Below are positions 10,253 through 19,579 of a stretch of 64,000 bases of DNA, one piece after another (position 1 is the stretch's first letter; every line of letters begins with the position of its first letter). The position numbers and the translations under genes were made by a program. The notes under the pieces are model-generated. The model was not told where the DNA came from and searched no databases. It worked only from the letters and a program-made list of their open reading frames with translations. The stretch is from an uncultured Phycisphaerales bacterium. Its GTDB lineage: Bacteria; Planctomycetota; Phycisphaerae; Tepidisphaerales; Tepidisphaeraceae. The DNA lies in NCBI GenBank assembly GCA_963755915.1, contig CAVWLP010000002.1, forward strand, positions 4,608,001-4,672,000. Reading direction: 5' to 3'.

Positions 10253-11344
10253 TCACCTGCGGGCACTGTGCTTCGACACCAGCGCACTCAACCTCTCATC
10301 CATCGCCTTGCACGCCGTGATCGCATCGAACGGCTTGATCGCCTCGATGAACGCCATTTCCGATTTCGACTCCTCTTCAATCCCCAGATGCCACACGTCC
10401 TGGATTCGGCTCGAGAGCATGTCCGGACTTCCGTCATACAGGCACCGGCCGCGCAGGCCCTTGGGAATCATCTCCGGATAAACCCCATCGTCCGGCAATA
10501 CCGGCCAGCAGCCGGCCGTCAGGGCGCGGATCGCAAACAAGTCGATCGGCGACCAGCGCTGCGCGCTGAGGAAGATATCCGCCTTCAGCAGTGCCGCTGT
10601 CTGCCCATATTCATCGTTCTCGTCGATCGCGGTCCGCGGGAAGGCATTCGAGAGCTTCTCCAGCGGACCCACCGTGATCAGGTCGAATCGCTCCCCTCGC
10701 ATGGCCAGCGTCTGAAGGCCAAGGTTCAGCAGATCCATATCCGCATCCCGCGTGCTCACGAACACCGTCCGCTCCTGCCGCTTCACGGGATTCGACAACT
10801 GGATGTTGCTCGCCAGGTGCAGATCAAACGGCGGCGGCATCACCCGCGACTTGGCCAGCATCTCCGGAACCGGATTCCGGCTCGACAGTTCCGAATGCCG
10901 CTCCACCATTGCCGCGGCACGGTACGCGAAGAGGTTCACGTGAAATTCACTGTTGAACCACAACTCGCTCGCCGACTGCGCGGTATTGAGATTCACCAAG
11001 TCAAACGCCGATTTGCTCTCCGGCCCATCAGGATCGGGAAGCTGGTTGTTGTGGAAATAGACGACCGACGGCTTGTCGACCAGTTCCGGCACGAGCCGAA
11101 GCAAATCCGCGAGGTTGAGCGCTTCGCTGGTGAAGAGCAGATCCAGCTTTCCCGCCCAGTGGCGCGATAGCTGCTCGGCAAACCAGTGCGCCGCCGCCGA
11201 TAGCCGCCTCTCGATCCGCCGCGGCGGAAGCTTCAGAAGCGTCCACCGATGCCGGCTGCAGCGCATGACCGTTTCCAGCATCGCCTTGCGGACGCCGCCG
11301 TAAAAAGGCTCCAGGGCCAGAATGTCCAACTGCGAGGACATCAA
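10253..11344 (-). CDS. DUF3524 / GTDC1(QTMAN)-like GT-B protein with degenerate catalytic motifs
   Basis: 'ILALEPFYGG', 'VVYFHNNQL', 'WFNSEFH', 'AGCWPVLP...YPEMIP' resemble DUF3524 proteins. Confidence 0.75.
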   Translation of the reverse strand: MMSSQLDILALEPFYGGVRKAMLETVMRCSRHRWTLLKLPPRRIERRLSAAAHWFAEQLSRHWAGKLDLLFTSEALNLADLLRLVPELVDKPSVVYFHNNQLPDPDGPESKSAFDLVNLNTAQSASELWFNSEFHVNLFAYRAAAMVERHSELSSRNPVPEMLAKSRVMPPPFDLHLASNIQLSNPVKRQERTVFVSTRDADMDLLNLGLQTLAMRGERFDLITVGPLEKLSNAFPRTAIDENDEYGQTAALLKADIFLSAQRWSPIDLFAIRALTAGCWPVLPDDGVYPEMIPKGLRGRCLYDGSPDMLSSRIQDVWHLGIEEESKSEMAFIEAIKPFDAITACKAMDERLSALVSKHSARR

Positions 11345-11523
11345 AACAGAATAGGATGCCGATTGCCGATTGCCAAATGCCGTACCGATGGATATCCAAC
11401 CTTTTCGCGATGACGCGGCGCGAAGTCTTACCCCCTCGCCCTGTACTCAGGGAGAGGGTTGGGGTGAGGGCCTAAAAAAACTGGAGCCTAATCCAGTGGC
11501 CGGAGGGACTTTTGGAAAAAACG

Positions 11524-13218
11524 CTACAGCCGTTCTCTCAGGTAAGCCTTAACATTATCCAGCCCCACACGAACTTGCGACATCGCATCACGATCGCGAA
11601 CGGTAACCGTGCGGTCCTGGATCGTCTGCCCGTCGATGGTCACGCAAAAGGGCGTCCCGATTTCGTCCATGCGGGCGTAGCGCTTGCCGATCGACTGCTT
11701 GGCGTCATATTCCGACGTGAAATCGCCGCGCACATCCAGATAAAGTTTCTCGGCAACCTCCGGCATCCCGTCTTTATTCACCAGCGGGAAAATCCCCACC
11801 TTGACCGGCGCAAACTGCGGCTTGAACTTCAAAAACATCTTGCTCGGCCGCGATTCATCCGGCGTAAACGCCTCGCAAAGCAGCACGAGCACCGCCCGCG
11901 TAAGCCCCGACGCCGGCTCGATCACGTTGGGAATATACCTGCTCTTGGCCTTGATCTCTTCGGGACTCTTCCCCTCTTCCTTGAGTCTGAGCTGCAATTC
12001 CTGGTCGAAGTAATCCAGCTTCTGCCCCGAATGCTGCGAATGCTGCGTGAGATCGAATTCCCCACGATGGGCGATCCCTTCGAGCTCGCCGAAATCCGGC
12101 GCGGTGAAGGGATATTTGTATTCGATATCGACGGTCATCTTCGAATAATGGCTCAACTCATCCTTCTCATGATCCCGGAAGTGCAGATTCGACTCGGCTA
12201 CGCCGAGCGATCGCCACCATTCCATTCGCTTCGTCTTCCAGAATTCATACCACTTCGCGGCCTCATCCGGATGGCAGAACCATTCCATTTCCATCTGCTC
12301 AAATTCGCGAGAGCGGTAGATGAAATTCCTGGGCGTCACTTCGTTCCTAAAGCTTTTTCCGACTTGCGCGACGCCGAAGGGAACTCGAACGCGAGAAGTA
12401 TCCAGAATACTCTTGAAATCCAGAAAAATGCCCTGCGCTGTTTCAGGACGCAAATACACCTTAACAGGATCGACAGCCCCGACCTCACTGCCGAGCATCA
12501 AATTGAACTGGCGGGGTTGAGTAAGCGAACCTCTCTTCTGGGTAAACGGACTGGGAATTCTTTCGGGACCGCTATTTAGGGCATCGAAAAGTATCTTCTT
12601 AATCGCCCAAACCTCTTTGCGCAGCTTCTCCTTTTTGTTTCGTACTATGCAAGCCGCGGTTCCGCTTCCGGTGTCAAAAAGGTCCTCTACGACACCTCCG
12701 ATCGGCTCAAGCCGCTGAGCCTTGCATAGATCGTTGATGAAGATTTCGGCTGCTTCGCCAATCGACGAAGCAACCATCGTCAATTGGGGGGAATGGATCT
12801 CTAGATTGAGAATCGTTGCGACGTCGACTTCCTGCCAGGCGCCATCGCCCTTTGCGTTAGTGCTCACGCACCAAGCACCCCAAAAGTGATCAGCCCGAAA
12901 GCGCTGCTTGGTCTCCTTGTCATCCACCATCGGATCGGAAAACCCACCGGCATGTCCCGAGGCGACCCAGGTCTTGGGGTTTTGAATGATCGATGAATCG
13001 AGGCCAACCATTTCGATGGGATGCCCATCGGGGCCGAGGGGCGGGCAGAGGACCATCTCGTGCCACCACCAGTCGCGGATGTTGTTCTTCAGCAGGCACC
13101 CCAGCGGGCCGTAATCCCAGAACCCATTGAGGCCCCCATAGATTTCGCTGGCCGGATAGATGAAGCCGCGGCGCTTGCAGAGGGAAACGATTTGTTCCAT
13201 CACCGATGCGTCGGGCAT
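11524..13218 (-). CDS. glyQS: Glycine--tRNA ligase (alpha2 type) with long insertion
   Basis: 'SLCKRRGF', 'YLRPETAQG', 'GKSFRNE', 'REFEQME', 'VIEPASG', 'SIGKRYARMDEIGTPFCVT'. Confidence 0.97.
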   Translation of the reverse strand: MPDASVMEQIVSLCKRRGFIYPASEIYGGLNGFWDYGPLGCLLKNNIRDWWWHEMVLCPPLGPDGHPIEMVGLDSSIIQNPKTWVASGHAGGFSDPMVDDKETKQRFRADHFWGAWCVSTNAKGDGAWQEVDVATILNLEIHSPQLTMVASSIGEAAEIFINDLCKAQRLEPIGGVVEDLFDTGSGTAACIVRNKKEKLRKEVWAIKKILFDALNSGPERIPSPFTQKRGSLTQPRQFNLMLGSEVGAVDPVKVYLRPETAQGIFLDFKSILDTSRVRVPFGVAQVGKSFRNEVTPRNFIYRSREFEQMEMEWFCHPDEAAKWYEFWKTKRMEWWRSLGVAESNLHFRDHEKDELSHYSKMTVDIEYKYPFTAPDFGELEGIAHRGEFDLTQHSQHSGQKLDYFDQELQLRLKEEGKSPEEIKAKSRYIPNVIEPASGLTRAVLVLLCEAFTPDESRPSKMFLKFKPQFAPVKVGIFPLVNKDGMPEVAEKLYLDVRGDFTSEYDAKQSIGKRYARMDEIGTPFCVTIDGQTIQDRTVTVRDRDAMSQVRVGLDNVKAYLRERL

Positions 13219-13265
13219 ATGGGTCTGCTCATCTGAAAAGCTTGTCCTTAGTTGCTCGGCAAACT

Positions 13266-13378
13266 CGAAACTCGAAATTCGAATGACGAATCAAATTCGA
13301 AATTCGAATGTTCGAAACAAAAGCTGCTTCGAATTTCGATCATTCGAGTTTGATTCGTCATTCGAATTTCGAGTTTCG
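13266..13378. repeat. Long inverted repeat (30-bp perfect arms) built of TCGAAA-type short units
   Basis: CGAAACTCGAAATTCGAATGACGAATCAAA at 13266-13295 and its reverse complement at 13349-13378. Confidence 0.85.
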
Positions 13379-13391
13379 GATTTCCGCCGCC

Positions 13392-13685
13392 TTACTTTGC
13401 GGCAGCAGCCGGCTTGCCACCCGCCTTCAGGGCGTTCAATCTGCGGGTCAACCGGCTCCGGCGGCGGCTCGCCGTATTTTTGTGGATCGTGTGCTTGGCC
13501 GCGACCTTGTCGAGCCTGATGACAGTTTTGCGCAGCTCCGCCGTCGCCTTGGCGATGTCGTTGCTCGCCAGGGCGGTGAGGTAGGCCTTGGTCTGGTCCT
13601 TCAGCACTTCCTTGCGGGCGCGGTTGCGCGCCCGGCGCTTGATGTTCTGACGAATTCGCTTCTTAGCCGACAGTGAGTGAGCCAC
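13392..13685 (-). CDS. rpsT: 30S ribosomal protein S20
   Basis: 'SAKKRIRQN..RR.RN', 'LDKVAAK..IHKNTASRRRSRL'. Confidence 0.97.
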   Translation of the reverse strand: MAHSLSAKKRIRQNIKRRARNRARKEVLKDQTKAYLTALASNDIAKATAELRKTVIRLDKVAAKHTIHKNTASRRRSRLTRRLNALKAGGKPAAAAK

Positions 13686-13819
13686 TTAGTAATCTCCAAA
13701 AACCGGTCGAAATTTCCTCCGACCCAATGGACGGCAGGGTAGGGAAGTTTATTGATTGGAGGCCAATTGTAAAGCCACGACAATTCCGACCCCTTTCATA
13801 CTTTCTCACCTTCATACCT

Positions 13820-14821
13820 TCACACCCTCGACCTTGTCCGCAGCAGGAGCCATAGAAAAACAGGCCCGCCCATCAGGCCTGTCAGGACTCCCACCGGCAA
13901 AAGACTCGCCAGGAGTCCCTCGGCGCTTAGATACCGCGAAAGCGCATCAGCCCCCATCAGCAGAATCGCACCGATGGCGGTCGAAATCGGCAGAAGCCGC
14001 CGCTGGTCGGTGCCGACGATCAGCCGCGCCACATGCGGGCACACCAGGCCCACGAACCCGATCGGCCCGCTGATCGCCACGGCCGCCGCGGTGACCAGCG
14101 ATGCCGCGACCAGCGCGATCCACCGCAGGCGATGAATGCGCACCCCCATCGACTCCGCCTCGCCGTCATCCAGCACGGCCACGTTAAGCTGCCCCGCAAA
14201 ATAGAGCAGGACTGCCCACCCCACGGCAATCAGCACCGTCGCCACAACCCGCTGCTCGCGGGTAATCGCCTGAATCCCCCCCACCAGAAACCCCATCGGC
14301 CCCCCATTTCCCGGCAGTTGCTCAACCAGCGCATTGACCAGCAGAAACAGCGAGCCATTCACCGCATTCACAATCACCCCCACCAGCAGCAACGTCACGG
14401 GCTCCAGCCGCCCGCGCCGCCCGGCAATCCCCAGGACAATCGCCACCGCCCCCAACGCCCCCACAAACGCCGCCGACTCCTGGCTCAGCGGCGCGAGCAT
14501 TCCCAGCCCCTTGGCCACCGCCGCGAAGACGGGAAGCTGCCAGAGATACGCCACCAGCGACGCGCCACTGCTGACGCCAAGCAAATAGGGATCCGCCAGG
14601 GGATTTCGCAGAATCGCCTGATAAGCCACCCCAGCCGCCGCCAGGGCCGCGCCGATCAGAGCCGCGTCGATGACGGATTCCGCCCGAAATTGCCAGATTT
14701 CCCCGGACGGCCAACCGAATCCATTGGACCCCACACAAATCGCCACCGCCATTCCCGCAGCCACGCAAGCCGCGCACGCGATCAGGGTCACAGCCAATCT
14801 TTGCGCGCTCCAGCGGTTCAT
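13820..14821 (-). CDS. FecCD/BtuC-family iron/cobalamin ABC permease
   Basis: 'YQAILRNPLADPYLLGVSSGA', 'SGPIGFVGLVCPH', 'LPVGVLTGLMGGP'; true start taken at ATG 14821, outside the intron. Confidence 0.9.
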   Translation of the reverse strand: MNRWSAQRLAVTLIACAACVAAGMAVAICVGSNGFGWPSGEIWQFRAESVIDAALIGAALAAAGVAYQAILRNPLADPYLLGVSSGASLVAYLWQLPVFAAVAKGLGMLAPLSQESAAFVGALGAVAIVLGIAGRRGRLEPVTLLLVGVIVNAVNGSLFLLVNALVEQLPGNGGPMGFLVGGIQAITREQRVVATVLIAVGWAVLLYFAGQLNVAVLDDGEAESMGVRIHRLRWIALVAASLVTAAAVAISGPIGFVGLVCPHVARLIVGTDQRRLLPISTAIGAILLMGADALSRYLSAEGLLASLLPVGVLTGLMGGPVFLWLLLRTRSRV

Positions 14822-14879
14822 CCGGTCCCAGCTTTTTACCCCCAACGATGCCGCGATGCGAATGAATGCAGGCCTCACG

Positions 14880-16852
14880 GTAGAGTAGAGAACTGAACGA
14901 CCCGATTGCCGCTCAGCTCTCCCTCTTCGAACCGGACGAGCGGGTTTCCCGCATCCGGCTCTCACGGTATTGTTCTTCTCAAGCATTCACGGTCGGAACA
15001 GGTCGCAGGCTGATGAGGCCCAGACGCTGCAACTGTTCGTACCAGCTCCTCGCTCCGCGCACACGGAACGGACGCTGGCTGCGACGTTTAAGGTGTCGTT
15101 CCAGTCGCTCCTGCACAAATCGGTTGATCTGACGGAACGCCTTGCGCGGATAGCCTTTGCCGAAGTAGTTGGCCCATCCTCTCAGGTGCTCGTTGATCTG
15201 TACGATCAACGCCGGGATGGGCACAAAGCCTGCTTCGGGTCCGGTCATCTCCCGCAATTTGTCCCGCTCACGCTGCATCGACTTGCTCGAAGGACAGAGG
15301 TTCAGATAACGCCCCGGCCCGCCTTGCAGGCTCCGGTCGTACCGGAACCTGTACCCGAGAAAGTTCAGACTTTCGCCCGGCTCTTTCAACTTCACCGTGC
15401 GGGTCTTGTCGGTGTTGATCGTCAGATCAAACCGGCCTTGCAGCGTGCGTTCCACGAACTGCTTGATCTGAGGGCCTATATACCTTGCCATGATGACAAA
15501 GTCGTCGGCGTACCGGATCAGCCGGGCGTTCGCCCAGCGATGCGGGCCATCGGATCGGTGGAACAATTTATCAAACCAGTGCAGATATAGGTTGGCCAGC
15601 AGCGGCGAGATCACTCCGCCCTGCGGCGTTCCCTGTTTGCTCCGGGTGACTTTCGGTGGATCGCCGGGCTTCTCGCCTTCTTCGACGATCACCGCCTTCA
15701 GCCACATCCGGATCAGCTTCAGCACGCTTCCGTCCGTGATCCGCTTCTGGACACACGCCATCAGTTTCTCATGGGGAATCGTGTCGAAGTACGACTGCAA
15801 ATCCGCGTCATACACTTCCCTTCGGCCCTGCTGGAGGTTTTGCTTGATCGCCTCCAGCGCATCGTGAGCCGAGCGACCGGGACGGAATCCATACGAACAG
15901 TCCAGGAAATCCGCCTCGAAGATCGGCTCGATGAGCAGCAGCACCGCCATCTGCACCACGCGATCTCGGATCGTGGGGATGCCCAATGGACGCCGCTTGC
16001 CGTTGGCTTTGGGAATGTACACGCGCTTCACCGGCTGCGGGCGGTAGGTGCGGGTCTTGAGCGATTCTTCGATCTCGCTCAGGAATCCACTGACGCCGTG
16101 CTCGGAGTTTTGCACCTTCTCGATGCTCACCCCGTCCAAGCCGGGCGCCCCGCCGTTGGCGGACACCCGGTCCCACGCCGCTTCCAGAACATCGCGCCGG
16201 CAGATCCGGTCGTACAAGGTGTAAAACCGAAACCCCGGTTCCCGCTTGGCTTTGAGGTATAGCTTCTGTCTCAGAAGAAAGACTTTCCCCGGCAGACCCC
16301 TGGAGTTCACCCTCAGGTGCTCCGGCAAGTCTGTCGGATCATCCGTACTGTCAGGTTGTCCCTGCAAGCGGGCCTCTCTTCTTCTTACTTCCGCTCGATA
16401 CCGTCAGGGCTCCTTGGCTCGCGGCAGGCTTCGCCTCCGCTCACGGGCATTACCCCGCTTCTCAGCTACTATGAGCCCATCCGACTCCCCACGCTTCCCG
16501 TCCCTTGGTTATGTCTTTCCAACGAGCCGCACAACGATGCGTGGGGTCTCTCAGTTCCCGATCTTGTCTGTCGGCACGCGCCGTCCCCATCGACCCCGAG
16601 GAGCCGGACGATTGCTCGCACCCGCTGCTTCATCGTCCGCGCCGGCTTGGCCCTCTCTGACGGGTTGGCCACTCCCATTGGCGTAACGAGGCTGGTTTGG
16701 GTTCGCTTAACGCTACGGCTCGCGCCTTCGCCTTCCGGGGCTTCGCGCGACCGATTGCTCCGTCGTCACGCCCGGGCGGCTACACGGCTAACGGGTCATT
16801 CCATGGTGAACTCCTTTCAGTTCACAAGACAAAACCGGTTTCACTGACGCAC
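14880..16852 (-). mobile_element. Group II intron (full length, 1973 nt)
   Basis: 5' GTGCG at 16852; domain V GAGCCGGATGCGGGAAACCCGCTCGTCCGGTTC with AGC triad; domain VI ending CTCTACTCTAC at 14880; internal RT ORF. Confidence 0.92.
14979..16367 (-). CDS. ltrA: Group II intron reverse transcriptase/maturase, no HNH domain
   Basis: '[17 protein letters not shown]', 'SYGFRPGRS', '[14 protein letters not shown]', 'RYADDF', X domain 'LRGWANYF'; ends without an endonuclease domain. Confidence 0.96.
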   Translation of the reverse strand: MQGQPDSTDDPTDLPEHLRVNSRGLPGKVFLLRQKLYLKAKREPGFRFYTLYDRICRRDVLEAAWDRVSANGGAPGLDGVSIEKVQNSEHGVSGFLSEIEESLKTRTYRPQPVKRVYIPKANGKRRPLGIPTIRDRVVQMAVLLLIEPIFEADFLDCSYGFRPGRSAHDALEAIKQNLQQGRREVYDADLQSYFDTIPHEKLMACVQKRITDGSVLKLIRMWLKAVIVEEGEKPGDPPKVTRSKQGTPQGGVISPLLANLYLHWFDKLFHRSDGPHRWANARLIRYADDFVIMARYIGPQIKQFVERTLQGRFDLTINTDKTRTVKLKEPGESLNFLGYRFRYDRSLQGGPGRYLNLCPSSKSMQRERDKLREMTGPEAGFVPIPALIVQINEHLRGWANYFGKGYPRKAFRQINRFVQERLERHLKRRSQRPFRVRGARSWYEQLQRLGLISLRPVPTVNA

Positions 16853-16982
16853 CAGAGGCGCTGAGGCGCGGAGAATCAGAGGAGAATTGACATTGAAATA
16901 TTTTGCCTCGAACACCATCGACGCGGGAAATCCCCACTCGCCATTGCTATCTCCCTCCCCACCTCCGCGCCTCTGCGTGAGA
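16853..16982. repeat. REP-like palindrome family B (CGCAGAGGCGC...GCGCCTCTGCG), one arm split by the intron; related copies 23453-23519, 25441-25472
   Basis: Rejoined exons give GCGCCTCTG|CGTGAG, the inverted copy of the arm at 16963-16982. Confidence 0.8.
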
Positions 16983-17879
16983 TCATCCCCCCGGATGCAA
17001 AAGTGCGGCCATCTTCCCCGCCAACTCGCCCACTCCAAATCCCGGCATCTCCCCGTCCCAATCGGTAATCACGTAAACCCGATGATTTTTCACTGCCGGC
17101 AAATCTCCCATCGTTTGCCAAGCCTGGTCCCCCGATTCGACCACCTGCGGCTTGCGATCCCCATCGGGCACGAGCCGGATCACGACCTCGGGCTTCAGTG
17201 TCATGATCATCTCCCGATCCACCTCCGCATAGGGCTCTCCCAGCCCCGCGGCGGCATTCTCGCCACCGGCGATGCGCAGAATCTCATCCAAGAATTCCCC
17301 CGGCCCCGCGACGCCGAAGCCTGATGAATCGCTCGTCACCACGAGCGTCTTCACCGGCGGCAACCCCTTCACGCGCTCCTTCACCTCTTGCAATTTTTCG
17401 CGCAGCTTGGTCGCCGCCAACTCTCCTGCCGCCGGATCCCCGATCGAGCGGCCCAATTCGGTCATGGCCGCACAAATCTCATCAATCGTATCCAGCTTCA
17501 AATTCACGATCCGAATCCCCATCTGGGCACACCGCTGGGGAATAAACCCCGGCAACCGATCCGGCGCGTATTGCAGCACCAGAAGATTCGCCCCGCATTC
17601 GGAGAGTTTTTCCCAATCGATATTCTGGTAATCCCCAACCCGCAGGCGTCCCGAAACCCCCTCCCGATCATCATCATAATTGCTCACCCCCACAATTCGA
17701 TCGCCCTCCCCCATCGCCACCAGCAGACTCGTCCCAGCCGGCGTAATCGAGGCGATCCTGACCCCGGGCAAGCTCCGCGGCGGCTGAACCCCAGTTCCGT
17801 GGAAGGTCATCAGCGCCGCCGCCCCTGCCACCAGGGCCAGCGCGAACGCGAATATCCCCGCGACTCGAGGTTGACCCAT
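16983..17879 (-). CDS. BtuF-like periplasmic metal/cobalamin-binding protein
   Basis: Signal anchor; 'RIASITPA', 'IVGVSNYD', 'LPAVKNHRVY' typical of helical-backbone receptors; co-oriented with the permease. Confidence 0.85.
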   Translation of the reverse strand: MGQPRVAGIFAFALALVAGAAALMTFHGTGVQPPRSLPGVRIASITPAGTSLLVAMGEGDRIVGVSNYDDDREGVSGRLRVGDYQNIDWEKLSECGANLLVLQYAPDRLPGFIPQRCAQMGIRIVNLKLDTIDEICAAMTELGRSIGDPAAGELAATKLREKLQEVKERVKGLPPVKTLVVTSDSSGFGVAGPGEFLDEILRIAGGENAAAGLGEPYAEVDREMIMTLKPEVVIRLVPDGDRKPQVVESGDQAWQTMGDLPAVKNHRVYVITDWDGEMPGFGVGELAGKMAALLHPGG

Positions 17880-17969
17880 GCCGCGCGCATGGTAGATTTA
17901 GCAAAAATACCTGTCAAACCGCGCCCGTTGGGAACCGGGCCGCGGAAATCGAATGGGTGACTGACGCGC

Positions 17970-18705
17970 ATGGAGGCCTTGATGCCCGAAACTGAAACAT
18001 TTCTCAATCGCATTACGCGAATCTTCAAACGCCCGCAGAGCCCCACCGGCAACGGCGACCACGATGCGCCGTCCGAATCCGTCTCCGTCGAAACAAATCC
18101 ACTGACTCTGCGCCCCTGGCGAAAAAATAGCGCTGCCATCGCCCAGCTCCAGGACGGCTTTCGTTCGCTGGCGGACCTCATGGACGAAATCCGCCAGAAC
18201 ATGGTCGCCCAGGGCCGCCGGCAGGACGAACTCATCGGCTACCTTGCCGCTCTTCCCAAGCTCATGGAATCGATCCCCGAAACCGGCCGGCTGCAGGGCG
18301 AAACCCTCAAAGCCATCCAAACCCAGCTCCAGCGGCAAACCGATCAGCAGGAAACCCTGGGCGAAATCCTGGAAAAAATGTCCGAATCCGGCGCCGACCA
18401 GAAGGAGCTGCTCGACGGCCTGCGCGAACGCGTCGAAACCCTCAACGAGCAGGACAAGTCGATGGCCGACAGTCTGGGCTCGGTAAGTGCCGCCCTGGAG
18501 CAGGCCAGCCGCCACTCCGCGGCCGGCACCCAGGTTCTGCAAAATCTGCACGAGGGGTTCAAATCCAGGGACACCGATCTGCAGGACATCCTGCAGCGCC
18601 AGAACTCGCGCTTCACGATTCTGCTTGTCACTGCGATCTGCATCTCGGTCGCCGCCCTCGGCGCTGTAGGCGCCCTGGCCTACATGCTCCTGCGCCAAGA
18701 GCTGA
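17970..18705 (+). CDS. Coiled-coil protein with C-terminal membrane anchor (end uncertain)
   Basis: Q/E/L-rich heptads then one TM helix; reads in frame into the next gene, with an out-of-frame TGA at 18703-18705. Confidence 0.55.
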
Positions 18706-18710
18706 AGAAG

Positions 18711-19571
18711 ATGCTCTTCAACCTCGTCCACGTCGTTCCCGATTACCGCTATCACGGGATGTTCGGCTATCGCGAGGTCATCGAAACCGTGGCCTGGGGT
18801 CTGACCGAGCTAGGCCACCCCGCCAACTTCACGCTCAATTCTTTTTCCAATCAGGACCGCCGAAACATCATTGTCGGCGGTCACGTCATGGCTCCGCAAC
18901 AACTCCAGCAGCTTCCCCCCGAAACCATCTTCTACAATCTTGAACAGATCCGCGGCCTTGAGTCCAGGCAACTCAAACCCACAGTCCGCCTGATCGCAGA
19001 GCGCTTCAACGTCTGGGACTACAACGAGGGAAACGTCCAGACCTGGCGGCAGATCAATTCAAATCTCACGCCTGCCCTCGTCCCCATCGGCTGGTACCCG
19101 GGCCTGAATCGCATCCCAAAACGACCGGATGAAGACATCGACATCCTCTTCTATGGCCGCGCCAGCAGCGGACGTTTCGAAATCCTCGAACATCTCTGCC
19201 ACGCCGGCCTTAGAGTCATGTACGTCAGCGGCTTCTACGGCCCCAAGCGTGACGAGCTGATTTCCCGCGCCAAAATCGTCCTCAATCTCAACCTTTACCA
19301 GCCGACGCGCGTCTTCGAAGTCGTCCGCGTCTCCTACCTCCTGGCGAACGAAAAGGCGATTGTCTCCGACATCTATCCGGAGACCGACATCGAGCCCGAC
19401 CTGAAGGAGGCCTGCGCGTTCGTCCCCCGCGAAAAAATCCTCGAGGAATGCACCCGCCTCCTCCACGACAACAGCGCCCGCGCCGACCTCGCCCGTCGAG
19501 GCCGGCAGATCATCGAAAAACGCGACATCCGCGAAATTCTGCGCCCGATTCTTGGCTCGTTGAAGGCTTAA
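18711..19571 (+). CDS. GT-B glycosyltransferase-like protein
   Basis: 'IFYNLEQ', 'DIDILFYG', 'RDELISRAKIVLNL', 'FEVVRVSYLLAN'. Confidence 0.7.
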   Translation: MLFNLVHVVPDYRYHGMFGYREVIETVAWGLTELGHPANFTLNSFSNQDRRNIIVGGHVMAPQQLQQLPPETIFYNLEQIRGLESRQLKPTVRLIAERFNVWDYNEGNVQTWRQINSNLTPALVPIGWYPGLNRIPKRPDEDIDILFYGRASSGRFEILEHLCHAGLRVMYVSGFYGPKRDELISRAKIVLNLNLYQPTRVFEVVRVSYLLANEKAIVSDIYPETDIEPDLKEACAFVPREKILEECTRLLHDNSARADLARRGRQIIEKRDIREILRPILGSLKA

Positions 19572-19579
19572 TTCGGTTT

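Noticed and set aside
13820-14986. Intron interrupting the FecCD permease coding sequence
   Set aside because: The ORF's 5' extension only reads through intron domains V/VI. The permease starts at ATG 14821, so the insertion is intergenic.
14979-16367. Retron, DGR or defence-associated RT
   Set aside because: YADD, a maturase X domain and flanking GUGCG/DV/DVI RNA identify a group II intron; no template/variable repeat pair was seen.
17970-19571. Coiled-coil/TM-glycosyltransferase fusion
   Set aside because: An out-of-frame TGA (18703-18705) and an ATG (18711) lie exactly at the domain boundary in an indel-rich assembly. It is probably two genes, though a real fusion is not excluded.
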